A stretch of DNA of 64,000 nucleotides, from the NCBI RefSeq assembly GCF_009914755.1, contig NC_060936.1, one strand, 5' to 3'. Positions 40,154 to 53,027 of this stretch are shown here, one piece after another. The notes below the pieces were generated by a model that made no database searches, was not told the DNA's origin, and worked only from the letters and a program-made list of their open reading frames with translations. Made by a program: the position numbers and the translations under genes. This DNA comes from the human T2T-CHM13v2.0 reference genome, Homo sapiens. Every line of letters starts with the position of its first letter. The stretch's first letter is position 1.

Positions 40154-40582
40154 CTGAATCCAGCCCTGCCTGAAGCCAGGGCGTGTCGGGAACCCCAGCG
40201 GGTACGGGGTGCTGCCTGAATCCAGCCCTGCCTGAAGCCGGGGCCTGTCAGGAACCCCACGGGGTACGGGGTGCTGCCTGAATCCAGCCCTGCCTGAAGC
40301 CGGGGCATGTCGGGAACCCCAGCGGGTACGGGGTGCTGCCTGAATCCAGCCCTGCCTGAAGCCAGGGCGTGTCGGGAACCCCAGCGGGTACGGGGTGCTG
40401 CCTAAATCCAGCCCTGCCTGAAGCCGGGGCCTGTCAGGAACCCCACGGGGTACGGGGTGCTTCCTGAATCCAGCCCTGCCTGAAGCCGGAGCCTGTCGGG
40501 AACCCCACGGGGTGTGGGCTGCTGCCTGAATCCAGCCCTGCCTGAAGCCGGGGCCTGTCGGGAACCCCACAGGTACGGGCTG
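40154..40582. repeat. 62-bp VNTR x7
   Basis: CTGAATCCAGCCCTGCCTGAAGCC... at 40154, 40216, 40278, 40340, 40402, 40464 and 40526. Confidence 0.97.
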
Positions 40583-42374
40583 CTTTGGGTTTGCATTTCT
40601 GCCACTTTCAAGGGAAAGAGCCCAAGCTAATCCCGGCTGCTTGTCCCTGGCCTCTCCTCCTTCCCACAGCCTGACCCCACACCAGGCTGGGCACCCCACT
40701 GCAAGGGGCAGACTCGGGGGCCAGGGCCTGGCACAAGGACCCTCCTCCCAACCTGCAACGTCCCTTTCTGGTGTGAGCACCTGTGCAAGCTTGTGCACTC
40801 TCACACTGCACACGGAGCATGGCCAGCTGAAACACTCTCCAAGGAGAGCCAGGGAGTGGCTGCCAGGAGAGAAAGGTAAGTGTGGTAACGGGGAGAGCCA
40901 GGCGCATGGGAGCTCACGGACATCATGACGGTGACATAGCGTCCTGAGGAACTGACTGGGAGACTCCAGTGCTCCTGACACAGACTGGGAGGGGCAGTGG
41001 CAGGAGGTGGCTGGAGCCCACGGTGCTGCAGGCCTGGAACGGCCCAAGCCCGCTGAGGTGCGGGGACAGGGGGTCTGCAGCAGTCACACGACGGCAGGAG
41101 TGTAACCTGGCTGCTCCGTGTGGCTCCCTCTGCCTTCTGCATTCCACTCCTGCTTTCCAACATGCCTGCTGGTTTTCTGTGGTCAGCCCTAACCCAGAGC
41201 CATCTGGCGATGAAAATTCTAAGAAATTCTCTGCTGCTCAGCAGGGCCCACCTCACGCAAAGCCACCATCAGCCTCAGGAAGGAGTGGCATTGGGTTAGG
41301 GCTTGGGGGAGAGGGAGGGTCCAGGGGAAAGGACGGCAGGTCTCAAGCCCCTGCGGAGGGAACACGCCTGCTCCCCTGGGTGAACAGGGAGGGGGCGGCC
41401 CGCGGAGCTGCAGCAGGCTCGGAACCAGGCAACAGCACATCCTCAGGAGCAGGATGACTGGAAGGGGGCACGTTGAGGACTCCAAACACTCAATTGCCTT
41501 GACATGTGGCTCAAGGCACATTCTAACTGCAATGCCAGGAAGAGGCCACCTGACTGGTGTCACCTGGGTCACCTGCATGACAAACTGAGCCATCACACCC
41601 CACCAGAGCAGAAAGCACGACTTCTCTGCCCCGTGGAGGCTGGTCCTAGCCTTGAAACTTCCTTGACAGACACAACATGAGGCTTCAAGCACGGGCTTCT
41701 CCTAGGTTTATATGGCTCTGCTCAGCCTCCTGAGCCACTGAGGGAGAATGAACGCCTGCATCCCACAGAAAGAGGCCAGTGGATTATAGCTGGGCCTAAC
41801 CAAAGTCCAAATGAAGAAGCAAAGCCCCTCTTGTCACCCTGCAACCCTGTGAGCAAGGCATTGTCACTGAGGGCCCAGGGGCTGTTTGTTACACAGCGTT
41901 CTCCAAGCAAGAGCTGACTGACGTTCCTTTGTTCCTTTTCTAGGGGAGCATGGGGCCTTAGGACCTGCTGTGTCACCAGACGGCACCCACAAGAGCAGAC
42001 TATGCATCCAAAATACACTGAGGTGCCATTACGGGAAGGAAGAGGGGTGCATGCGGAGGGCTGGAGCTGACAGCCGGCTCACAGATGGGGCTGGGGGCTG
42101 CAAGAAATGGAACATACTTTCTACTTTTTGGCTGTCACCCCACAGGCAAGTTTGAAACCCAAAGGGCAAATGGCTTAGCTGATTTATAGAGCCTAATTTG
42201 GATCCGTTGCCCCAAATTGAATTTTGAATACAATTTCACATCAATTAACTTTGCACAGAGCCTTACAGATGGCAGGGAAGGACTCTCTAAAGCAAAGGCC
42301 AGTGGCTACGATGGAGGAGCTGATGTGCCATCCCGGAGCCCACCGATGCTCATAGCACCACTCAGGGCTCTGAC

Positions 42375-42488
42375 CCGGGCGGGTTGGAAGGATGAGAGCT
42401 AAGGGGTGTGACGTGAGCAGGAAAGGGACCCGGGCTGGTTGGAAGGATGAGAGCTAAGGGGTGTGGCGTGAGCAGGAAAGGGACCTGG
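42375..42488. repeat. ~55-bp tandem duplication
   Basis: GGTTGGAAGGATGAGAGCTAAGGGGTGTG...GAGCAGGAAAGGGACC occurs twice. Confidence 0.9.
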
Positions 42489-42991
42489 GCTGGTGGTGGG
42501 GCCAGAGAGCTGAGCCCTAGGGGCTGGGAAGGAGTTGTGGGCAGGAGCTGTGGGCCTCCAGCAGAGTGGAGAGAAAAGGGGTTTCGCTGGCAAGAGCTGG
42601 GGAAGAGGGTGGGGAGGGGCTGGAGGGCTTGATGAGCACCCACCTACGGCCCTGATTGTACCAGGGCCCTGACTGTGGTGCATTCAAACCCATGGTTCCC
42701 GGAGTGTGGTCCCCGACCAGCCCCAGAGAACCTCAGACGTGAGGGGTGGGGAACCCTGGGGTGGGCTCAGCTGTGTGTGCTCACACCTCCCTCCCGTCGT
42801 GGGTCTGAGGCCTCCATTGACTCACACACCGATTCACACACACCCAGGGGCTTTCACACCCCCGACGGCGGGACGCCTCATCGCCACGCCACCCCCACTT
42901 TATAGACGGGACGATGGAAGCACGTTAAATCATTTGCCCAAAATATTCTAAGTGGGTGGCACAGCTGAGGCTGGGGCCCAGGCGAGCCGGT

Positions 42992-43180
42992 CTAGAACTT
43001 CCCTGTCCAGCATGGTAGCCACCAGCCCCACAGGCTATTATATTTTAGATTAAAGTCTGTAAGTAAAATGTATAATCCAGTTCTTCAGCTGCACTTGCCA
43101 CACTGCAGAGGCTTGAGCCACTCGTGGCTGGCGGCCACCATCCGGACAACCCAGCCATTCCCTCCACTTCCGAGCTCTGC
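42992..43180. mobile_element. MER3-like hAT-Charlie DNA transposon relic
   Basis: CTGTCCAGCATGGTAGCCACCAGCC...GCACTTGCCACA...GTGGCTGGCGGCCACCATCCGGACA with inverted ends. Confidence 0.65.
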
Positions 43181-43605
43181 AGGCCACTGGCCTGGAGGTC
43201 TCCTAACCGCTGCAGTCTCTACCTTCCAAAGCACCCCATCCTGCCCGGGGCAAGAGAGGGCAGATGTGTGAGCACACAAACTGAAAAACCAAACAAGCAC
43301 AGGAGGTCCAACCTGCACCACACCAAGAAGTCAGTGGGAGTGTGGGGGGTGGGGTTCGTGCTGCAAGCTCTGCCCAGGGCCCTGGCAAGCCCCAGGGAGG
43401 TTCGGAGTCCTGGGTGGGATGTCCGGTCACTGTGATGCGTGCTCCCGGAGACACACAGCCCGGTCCGCAAGCAGGCAAGTACGCATCTGTCAGAAACCAC
43501 CCCCAGAACCACCCCCAGAACCACCATCCCTCCCAAGGGCTTCCCATCCAGCACGTAGCCCAGCTGCTTTCTTCTGTAAGAGAAGGTTCCCAAAGCAAGC
43601 CCTCC

Positions 43606-43743
43606 CTGGGGAGCACCTGAGCCCAGAACTCCAGAGACGGCGGCTGGTCCCTGGGGAGCACCTGAGCCCAGAACTCCAGCATCGGCGGCTGGTCCCTGGG
43701 GAGCACTTGAGCCCAGAACTCCAGAGATGGCGGCTGGTCCCTG
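43606..43743. repeat. 45-bp repeat x3
   Basis: CTGGGGAGCACCTGAGCCCAGAACTCCAG...GGCGGCTGGTCC at 43606, 43651 and 43696. Confidence 0.93.
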
Positions 43744-43953
43744 GTTGGCCATCTGGACACCTGGAAATGGATCAAAGGAGAGAAGGCACCTGGGGACGCC
43801 TTCCCCAGGACAGCCAGGGAAACCCGGGGGGGAGCCCAAAAAGGAAGCCCCTGAGGAGGTCTACAGAGCCCCTGCCCTTCACTGGGGTCACACATCTGAA
43901 CATCTTCGGAGATCAGATAAACAAACAGTGTATGTCTATAATCAGAAACTTCA

Positions 43954-44442
<489 letters not shown>

Positions 44443-45059
44443 TTAAACAAGAGCCTCAAATGCCACCTGGGTGACCCTCGCCCACATTTCCTGGCCTTCT
44501 GTCCAGGGAGGGGAATTCGGGAGCAGGCGTGCATGGAGAAACTACTCGGGGTCCGTTTCTGTCTTCCTAATGAGGCTTTTAAAAATCAAAAGGGAGGATG
44601 CTGGAGGGTGAAACCACGGTTTAACAAAACCCGGAATGGGAAGAGGGGGAGGGGGACCCTGCCCCCACCCTGGGGAGGCTTTGACAGGGAACCAGAGAGC
44701 GGGCCGGGTGGACTGGAGGAGGCTGGGTGAACAGGAAGTCCCCCCACCCCAGTGAGCTACTTTCCCAACTGCCTCAGCCCAGCAAACAGCCCGTGGTGCC
44801 TGGACCACACCCTTCCTGCCCTGCACAAGAGGCCGCCAGTAGGCTCTCCCAGAGGCAGGGTAAAGTGGACCCCGCAGAGTGGGCGAGGACCCGTTCCCAC
44901 TAAGGGCAACCGAGGGCAGGGTCCCACCACTGTCTTGGGCACCCTCCCCTCCGCCCTCCAGCAAACCACCATTCTTCTCCGAGGGCCTGTGCAGGGGTGT
45001 AGCCCCGACCTGAAACAGGGTGCCCATGACTGCTGGGGCTCGGAGTCGTCACTCCTCGG

Positions 45060-45270
45060 GGAGGCCCTCTGGACCACCCAATGCCCACTCTCTGTGACAC
45101 CTCCCCGTTCGATTTTCTTCAGATTATCCTTGGCTGATATTCTATTTGGCCCTGTGTTCAGGGTCTCTCTCCCACTTCTAAGAGGGTCATCTATCTCAGC
45201 CGCTGCGGGGTCACCAACAGAGCCTGGACACAGGAGGCATCTGGCAAATACGCGCTGCATGAATCAATGA
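45060..45270 (+). mobile_element. L2 3' fragment abutting the CpG island
   Basis: CAGAGCCTGGACACAGGAGGCATCTGGCAAATAC...TGAATCAATGA terminus. Confidence 0.55.
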
Positions 45271-46346
45271 CTCCAGTGCCCACGCGCAAGGGGCCCCTGG
45301 GCTCAGAAAACCCCACCAGGCGGGCCCCTCCGAGCTCGGCCTGTCCTGGGGGTGGAGGAGGAAGTTCGCCCCGCGCCTGCCTCGCAACCGCAGCCGCCTC
45401 CGTGCGCTTCCTGCCCGCGCCGCCCTCCACACTGCGCTCCGTGTCTGGCAGCAGCCCCCGCCTCGCTGGGCGCGTTCCCGGGGGTCTCGGTGGCGGGAGC
45501 CGCCTTCTTGTGGGACTTGGGGGCACGTGGCGCGGGGCGGGGACGCGGACAGACCCCTCCCGCATCCTAGGAGGCCTGGGAGGGTCCGCGGGGACGCGGG
45601 GAGGGGGCACCGCCTGGCCGAGGACCCTCCCCCGGTCCTCCCCGCCCCTTCCCCGTCCCTTCCACGCTCGCCGAGGGCAGGACTTCGGTTCCGCGAGACC
45701 GGAGGCCCCTCGTCCTCCTCGGAAGCCGCCCGCGGCCGGGGACCCCAGTCCCGCAGAGGAGGGCGGCGCTGCCCCCGCCTCCCGCTTGGAGAGCGCCGCC
45801 CGCAGGTGCCCACGGAGGGGCCGCGGCATCCCAGCGCCCTCCCAGGAAGGAGCCGAGCGGATCACCGCCGGCTGCAGCGGAGGTCGGGGCGCCGGGGAGG
45901 GGCGCGGCTAGGGGGCGAGGTCGAAGGGCGGGCACCTGCGGGTGGGGCGGGGCCTGAATTAGCGGGAGCGCCCGGGAGGGGCGGGGCCGGGGCCTGCGTG
46001 AGCGGGTCGGGGAGGGGGCGGAGCCTGCGGGGGGCGGGGCCTGCGTGAATGGGGCGGGGAGGGGCCGGAGCCTTGTGAGCGGGGCGGGCCGCGTGTGCGG
46101 GGTGGGGGCGGAGCCTTATGAGCGGGGCGGGGCAGGGGCGTGGTCGGGGCGGGGCGCGCGGGCGCCCGCGGCGGCCCTCACTTCCTCTGGCGAGCGCAGC
46201 CGGGCGGAAGTGCGTCAGTTGTTATCTGTTCGGGGCGCCGCCGCCGCCTCACGAGCCCGGTGCCCAGGAGCCCGGCCGCCTGCCCGCCTGCCGCCTGCCG
46301 CGCCCGCCCGGCCCCGCCCGCTCGGCCCGATCGCCGCGCCGCGCGC

Positions 46347-46385
46347 ATGGGGCGCGCCCCCGGGGGGGCGGCCGAGGGCCGCTGA
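46347..46385 (+). promoter_or_regulatory. uORF1 in FBRSL1 leader (MGRAPGGAAEGR*)
   Basis: ATG 46347 (cgcATGg) to TGA 46383-46385. Confidence 0.6.
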
Positions 46386-46406
46386 GCGCCGGGCCCGCCC
46401 CCGCCG

Positions 46407-46460
46407 ATGCGCCCAGCCGCCCGCGCCGGGGGTCCCAGGCCGCGCCGGGCCCGGGGCTGA
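46407..46460 (+). promoter_or_regulatory. uORF2 in FBRSL1 leader (MRPAARAGGPRPRRARG*)
   Basis: ATG 46407 (weak context) to TGA 46458-46460. Confidence 0.55.
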
Positions 46461-46955
<495 letters not shown>

Positions 46956-49029
46956 TGAGGCGAGAACGGGGCCCGGAGTTGACGCGTCGGGCGATCCCGG
47001 GACCCCTGGGCTTGCGACCGCCCGCGCCGTGGGCAGCCCTGAGGGAAGCCCCGGCCACTTGGTACCCGTTCCAGGGACCCTGGGTGCCCACCGCTCGCCC
47101 AGACCGTCGCATCTGGAAGACCCAGCAGCGTCGGGTGGGTTTGGGGACGTTTTAAGTTGCAGAGGCAAAAAAATCTACGCTTCGAAATTGGGGGCTGTCT
47201 GACAGCACCGTCGGCCTTTTATCAGTTGTGTTTCTGTGGCCAGCATATCGCTCTGCCTGGTTCAGGACGTGCTAGGGAGCAGTGCTGGATCTTAGGGAGG
47301 TGGTGATAAAATGGATACTCCGCGGGCCATCCCGTTCCCTCCTCCCTTCGAGGGCTCTGCTGAGAAGGGGAGAAGGAGGGTTAATCTCAAGACCCCTCTT
47401 GGTGACTGCTGCCTGCTGCATGGTTAATAGATTGGCCAAAAATATTGCTTGTCTGGTTGACGGACAATATTTGCTGAGCAAATACTGCTCCTCTTACATG
47501 AACTCAGCTGAGCAGAGAAGGAAATTAAATGCTGTCTGAGAGTTGGGGCAGGCGCTGTCTCCCCAGGACTGGCATGGGCAGGAATGCTAGCAAGTTGCCC
47601 TGCACCAGGGCCGAGACCCGCCCAGCGAGGTGTGCCCCGTGCAGCACTTACTTTGGGGGACCCTCATCTGCTGGACTTTGACTCCCAGAATCACCCCATT
47701 TCCAACCCCTCTCACTTTTCCAGGGGCTTGGGAGCCCATGGCCTGGGATCCCCCAGTCTCAGAAGCTGAGCTTTGGGAAAAGGGGAGATGCCTACTGCAG
47801 GCCCCTGAAGCAGCAAGTCCTCTTCAAGTTCTCATCCAAACTCTGGGGACTGTAGAGAGCCTTGGGTCAGGGCCGGTGGCCAGGGAAGTGGCCCCAGAAC
47901 AGGTGCCGCATCGTGTCCCGAGTGCACAGTCAGAGCTGGGGCTTCGTGTCCCAAGTGCACGGACAGAGCTGGGGCTCCTGTGGGCCCAGGACGGGGTGGG
48001 TGGTGGCCAGGCTCATCACACAGGCTGGCCATCCTCTGTCCTGCACATTATTAGATGGCTCCAGGGCTGGCACACGCCATTGCTCTGTGCTGGGACGGGA
48101 TGGCCCTGGGGCTGTCTTCTGCCCTCTCAGTGGTGATAATGACACAGACTGTACGTGTACTGAGCAATACTGCAAGCCAGGCCCTGCGCTCGGCTCCTGC
48201 ACTGCAGCTGAGACCACGAGGATGCCCACTTTCCAGAGCTGTCGCCACCCACCTGCACCTCCTGGGTCCCTAACCGCGGCTTCCTCACTGCTCCGAGTGG
48301 GTCAGCCCTTGTACCCTGCCGTTCTCTGTCTGCTTTATGTTTGGTGCCATTGTGTCTTTGCAAAAACGTCACCTCAGACTCCTCTGAAGTGGTGCCCCCC
48401 ACCCCCGTCGACGTTGCCCACCTTCTTTTTGTCATCCCCACTCTGCAAAGCTGTTTTAGAATGTCTTTGCTCTCCATTTTCGTCTCCCACAAGAACTTGT
48501 AAGCTGAAAGAGAGCAGACACTGTGCTGTCCTGTGTGTCTCCTATGGGGTCTGGTGCCGGGAAGAGCTCGATGTGTAGAAAGTGCCCCAGATGCGTGTGT
48601 CAGGAATCTGAGTGAGTAGATGAACTGTACTCAGGAGATCCAGGGCCAATCCCAGGCCCACGTGTTTTGCCCGCAGCGGCTCTGACTGGCTGTCCACCTG
48701 CTCTGGCAGGGTCACGTGCCCCCAGCCTGCAGGCAGTGGGTTCAGTGGGTTTTGGTGACTTCGGCTTAGACCAGCTGGCCCCTCAGGTCATAGTGAGACA
48801 AGTCTGCTGCTGCGTGGCGTTAACACAGCCACAGCACCCCAGGGTGGTTTCATGTCCCTTCCTCTGCCCTTCGGAGCCTGCCTGGGAAAGTACGGGGCTT
48901 CTGCACAAGTCATAACCTCGTGATCATCCCATACGTGTCTCTTGGTTGTCTACATTTTTTGCCAAAGTATGGTGGTTTTTCCCCAAAGTTCAGATAATTC
49001 ATAATTATATCAATAGTAGTGACTGGTTC

Positions 49030-49170
49030 AGTAAGCATTCTCTCCATCAGGCAGTGTTCTGAGCTGCCTTTCACAGACATCAACTCATTTACTCCTCAAA
49101 TGACCCACGAGGAGGGCTGGATGCCCCCATTCCACAGATGGGGACCTTGAGGCTCCCCATTGAGGCAGAG
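49030..49170 (-). mobile_element. MIR fragment
   Basis: AACTCATTTACTCCTCA...CCCCATTCCACAGATGGGGACCTTGAGGCTC. Confidence 0.65.
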
Positions 49171-49649
49171 CAAGAGCAAGGAGCACTGGGTGCCACGCCT
49201 GTCCGGCCTTGGAGTGAGCGGGCGCTGCCCTGCGAGGCCACCCACACGGGACACCGAGGGAGATGTGGCCACCAGGACCCAGCCCAGAGGCACAGCCTGC
49301 CCTTGGCTCTGCCGCCTTTGCTCACAGTCCCTCTGCCCCCACCCGCGTCTTGAGGGCTCTTCCTACTCTGGGATGCTGGAGGATGGGACGCTCAGGAGTT
49401 GGAGGAAGCCCTTGTAACCCCAGAGGCTGGCTTGTGCCCGCGGGACACTGCAGTGGTATAAACAACCAAACACAGGTGTAGACTTGCCGGGGAGGTGCAG
49501 CCTGCCTGCAGGAGTCCTGTTACCTCACCCCAGACCCCACACGCACTGGGACCAACTCTCGGCCCCAGCCCTGGCCCCTGGGGCAGACCCCCACTCGCAG
49601 CCCCTTCTGACCCCAGGCAGACCACCCTCTCCGCCTGTCTGAACAGGCA

Positions 49650-49830
49650 CCCCTTGCCCTGTGCCCGGGGCAGGTCTCTGTACCTGTTTTGTGCCCCCGG
49701 CAGGTCCCTGCCCCTTTTCTGTGCCCTGGATGGGACACACAGGCTGTTCTGTGCCCGGGGCAGGCCCCCGCCCCCTTTGTGTACCCTGGGTGGGACACAT
49801 AGGCCGTTCTGTGCCCGGGGCAGGCCCCCA
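49650..49830. repeat. ~61-bp degenerate repeat x3
   Basis: TGTGCCCGGGGCAGG recurs. Confidence 0.8.
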
Positions 49831-52819
49831 GCATCTGCACATTTATATGTGCTCCTGTAGGGGAGGAGGAGTCCCTGCTTGTCCTGGGCCTGTGTGTGCT
49901 GTGAACACAGCAGGCACTCCCTAAATGGTGGTGGTGGTGGTTGTGGGCTGAGGAGGGCCAGGGTCTGGCCTGGCTCAGGGTGTGCCTGCAGCCCTGGAGA
50001 CAGCATTAATGATTAACTGCCCATAGAGATGGGAGCCCTGTGGCAGGGCTGAGGACCTGCAGAGGGGCGTGCTGGGCTGGGTGTGCTGGGGTGGGTGGGG
50101 CGGCGCGGCAGACCTGAGCCAGCCCCCGCTTGACTTTCTACTCTGTAACCAGGGGCCGTGGTATGTGGGGACAGGAGGCCTGAGGAAGCCCCGCTGGCCT
50201 CTCCCCTGCTCTTGTTCTGACCGGGAACTCTGGGTGCTTGGGAACGTGGCTCTTGCTGTCCCTTTTGTTTCCTGTGACAACTCTGTCCCCTGGTTGTACT
50301 GACCAGAGGACACTGGAAGCCCCCTACCCCTGGAGCAGTGCTGTGGCCATACGTGCCTGGTCAGTGCTGCTGTTCTCTGCCTGGGGTCCTCCCAAGAAGA
50401 CTGGGGTCTGAGAGGTGTATCCAGGGCTGTGTCAGACCCCATCTTCCCACATAGCAAAGGCCATCCTTATCTGGCCTCAGGCCACAGAACAGGTTGTGCC
50501 GGTCCCTGTGTCTCCTGGGAGATAGGCCAGGCCTGCTTAGCCCAGTGGGCTGCACCGCCCACTCCCACATGCTGGCCGCTCGGCCCCAGTGACGCTGGCC
50601 ATGGTGCTCTGGGCTGCGCCTGGGCCACAGGGAGGTGGCAGGGTGCCCAGGAGCACATTGGCCACTAGCTCCAGGCGGACACCACCATTCTGGTTTGGTG
50701 TCTGTGATTTTTGGTTAATTTGCATTTTTCAAACAGCAAATCACTTTCACCTGGTGACTTTCACTTGGTCCACACGTCAAGCTCCATAAGAAGGTGCGTG
50801 CTGAAGCTTGAGCTGTTCCCTGACTGGCACACGGGCCACGCAGAAGGTCCACGTGTGTCCCAGGAATAAAGGCGGAAGGAAAGCACCCAGCCTCCTGGCT
50901 CGGTGGCCAGCGGTCTCCTCTAACGCCTGTGCTTCCACATTCTCTGCTCAGCATAAACCACAGGACATGCACCCAAAATGCTGCTGAACCTGCACAGACG
51001 GTTGTGCTTAAGAAACCCCAGGCTACTGATCGTGTGCGGCCCCCGGCCTCCCAGGGCTGTCTGTGGGCGAGCTGTGACCCCTGCTGAAAATGGCCCAGAA
51101 CCCTGGTGGGCATAGGGTGTGAGCCTGGAGCCGGTGGGCCTTGGCCAAGGGGAGGGTACAGGTTTTGAGACACGGCCCGTCGTGGGGAATGTGAGGGTGT
51201 GAGGGACTGGCCCAGACACTGCCCTGCCCTGCATCCTGGAGGCTGAGCCAGGTGGTCTCTCTGTGAGCCCCTAGTGGGCCTGGTGGGCTTCACAGAGGGG
51301 CCAGGGTTCCAGGAGCAAGAGCCCAGGCATAGGATCTGGGCTGGAAGTGTGACCTGGCCATGTGGGGGCGGGGCTGGGCCCGGCCTGCCGAGCACCGCGT
51401 GTGGGGCCTGACAGTGTCACTTGGACCTCCGGGGACCGCTGAGGCCACACTGTTGGTGGTGCCAGTGGGGGCTGAGTTTGCCAGGGGCACTGTGAGTCCA
51501 TGCCTGGCCCATCTCTCAGATGGTGGTGGGGGCTGAGACCGCAGACATTTGGGTTCAGTGAGGAGAGCCAGGGAGAGGGCAGGCTTCGGCCCAGGAACTC
51601 CTTGTGGCTGCTTCCTGGTCTCCAGGTGGGGAAACTGAGGCACAGAGAGGGGAAGTGCTTTACCCACAGCCATGGGGCAGGGGTGCGGAGCTGAGCCGGG
51701 GCCTGCCCTGTGACAATGAGGGGCTGCCTGGAAGCTGCATGGATTCCTGTTCCTCCCACAGAGTCCCACAGCTGTGGGCAAGGGCTGCTCCCTCCGGGGA
51801 GGTGGACTCAGAGGCCCTGAAAGCAGCGTCGCTGGCCCCTCGGTCCACGTGGGTGCCCGCCACCTGTCCAGGCCCTGTCTGGGGGCCAGCAGCTCCTCAG
51901 GCCCTGCCATGGCTGGAGCAGGGCTTGCACCTGGCCTCCTTTGGCTCTGGGAAGGGTTCCACGTCCTCTGCCTGTGCTTCTGCCCCTCACGGGCCCCTGC
52001 CCAGTGGCTTGCTGGCCTCGGGGTCGGGGCTGTTACAGCAGGAGTCACCGGCCCTCTTCCCCATCCCCTCCCTCCCGGCTGCTTGGGCCTGTCAGTTCTT
52101 GGCTCAGGTTTCCAAGGCCTTCCTGTCCTTGCCGTGGCTACGCCGCGTGCCTGCACCTCCGCACGTGCTGCGCACCTTCGCGTTTGGGGCCTGGTGCCGG
52201 CTGCCCTTTGCCTGGAGGGGTCTCCCGGGGTCCCTGTGAGTCACCGCACAGTCCTGCAGCAGGGAGTCAGACCCACACTAGACCCTCCTTCCCCACTAGG
52301 CTCTCGTGCCCCAGCTGTCCTTACGGGGAGGTCTGTCGCCAGACGTCCGCCATATCCCGCCTTTGTGTGATTGCTTCTCTGGAGAAAGAGAAGTGCCCAG
52401 AACTGGCCCTGCTGTCTGTGGCTGGCAGTTTTAAGGCTCCTGATGGTTGTGAGGGTCTGTTCCCTGCCGAGGGGCCCGTGTTGCGTATTTACCCGGGCTT
52501 GTGTTTTTGTCACTCTGGAAGCCTCGTTTCACTGTGTTTTCTGCCTGGTTGTTGCTGTTTGTCTTCCCACCTGACATCTCTACCTGGGCACTTTGTTGGA
52601 TTCCCTCCTCAGCACAGGCAGTTTCTAGGGGACTCTTAGGGGGTTGTCATTGGCCCTGCTGGCGTCTGCACATGGCTGTGACATTGCTGCTTCCCTGCGG
52701 CTGCGCTGGATTTGTGAGTGTGTCCAGAGCGTGAGGATTGGTGTTGCTGTTTGTGGGTATCTGTGTCCCTCCCTCCTTCCCTGTTTCCCCACATTCTGAT
52801 GGGCGCTCTGTCTTGCACG

Positions 52820-53027
52820 GGACGCATCTCTGGTCCAGCATCAGGTAGGGGTGACCCTGCTCACCCAGCTTGTGCCGCCGCCCCGCGCTTCCTTCCCAGG
52901 CCCTGCGGTGTCCTGTGTTGCGCGGGGCGCGTCTCTGGTCCAGCATCGGGTAGGGGTGGCCCTGCTCACCCAGCTTGTGCCGCTGCCCCGCGCTTCCTTC
53001 CCAGGCCCTGCGGTGTCCTGTGTTGCT
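52820..53027. repeat. 105-bp tandem duplication
   Basis: TCTCTGGTCCAGCATC...CCCTGCGGTGTCCTGTGTTGC at 52827 and 52932. Confidence 0.92.

Noticed and set aside
40124-41047. 307-aa minus-strand ORF
   Set aside because: Half of it is the 62-bp VNTR, and it has no recognisable domain.
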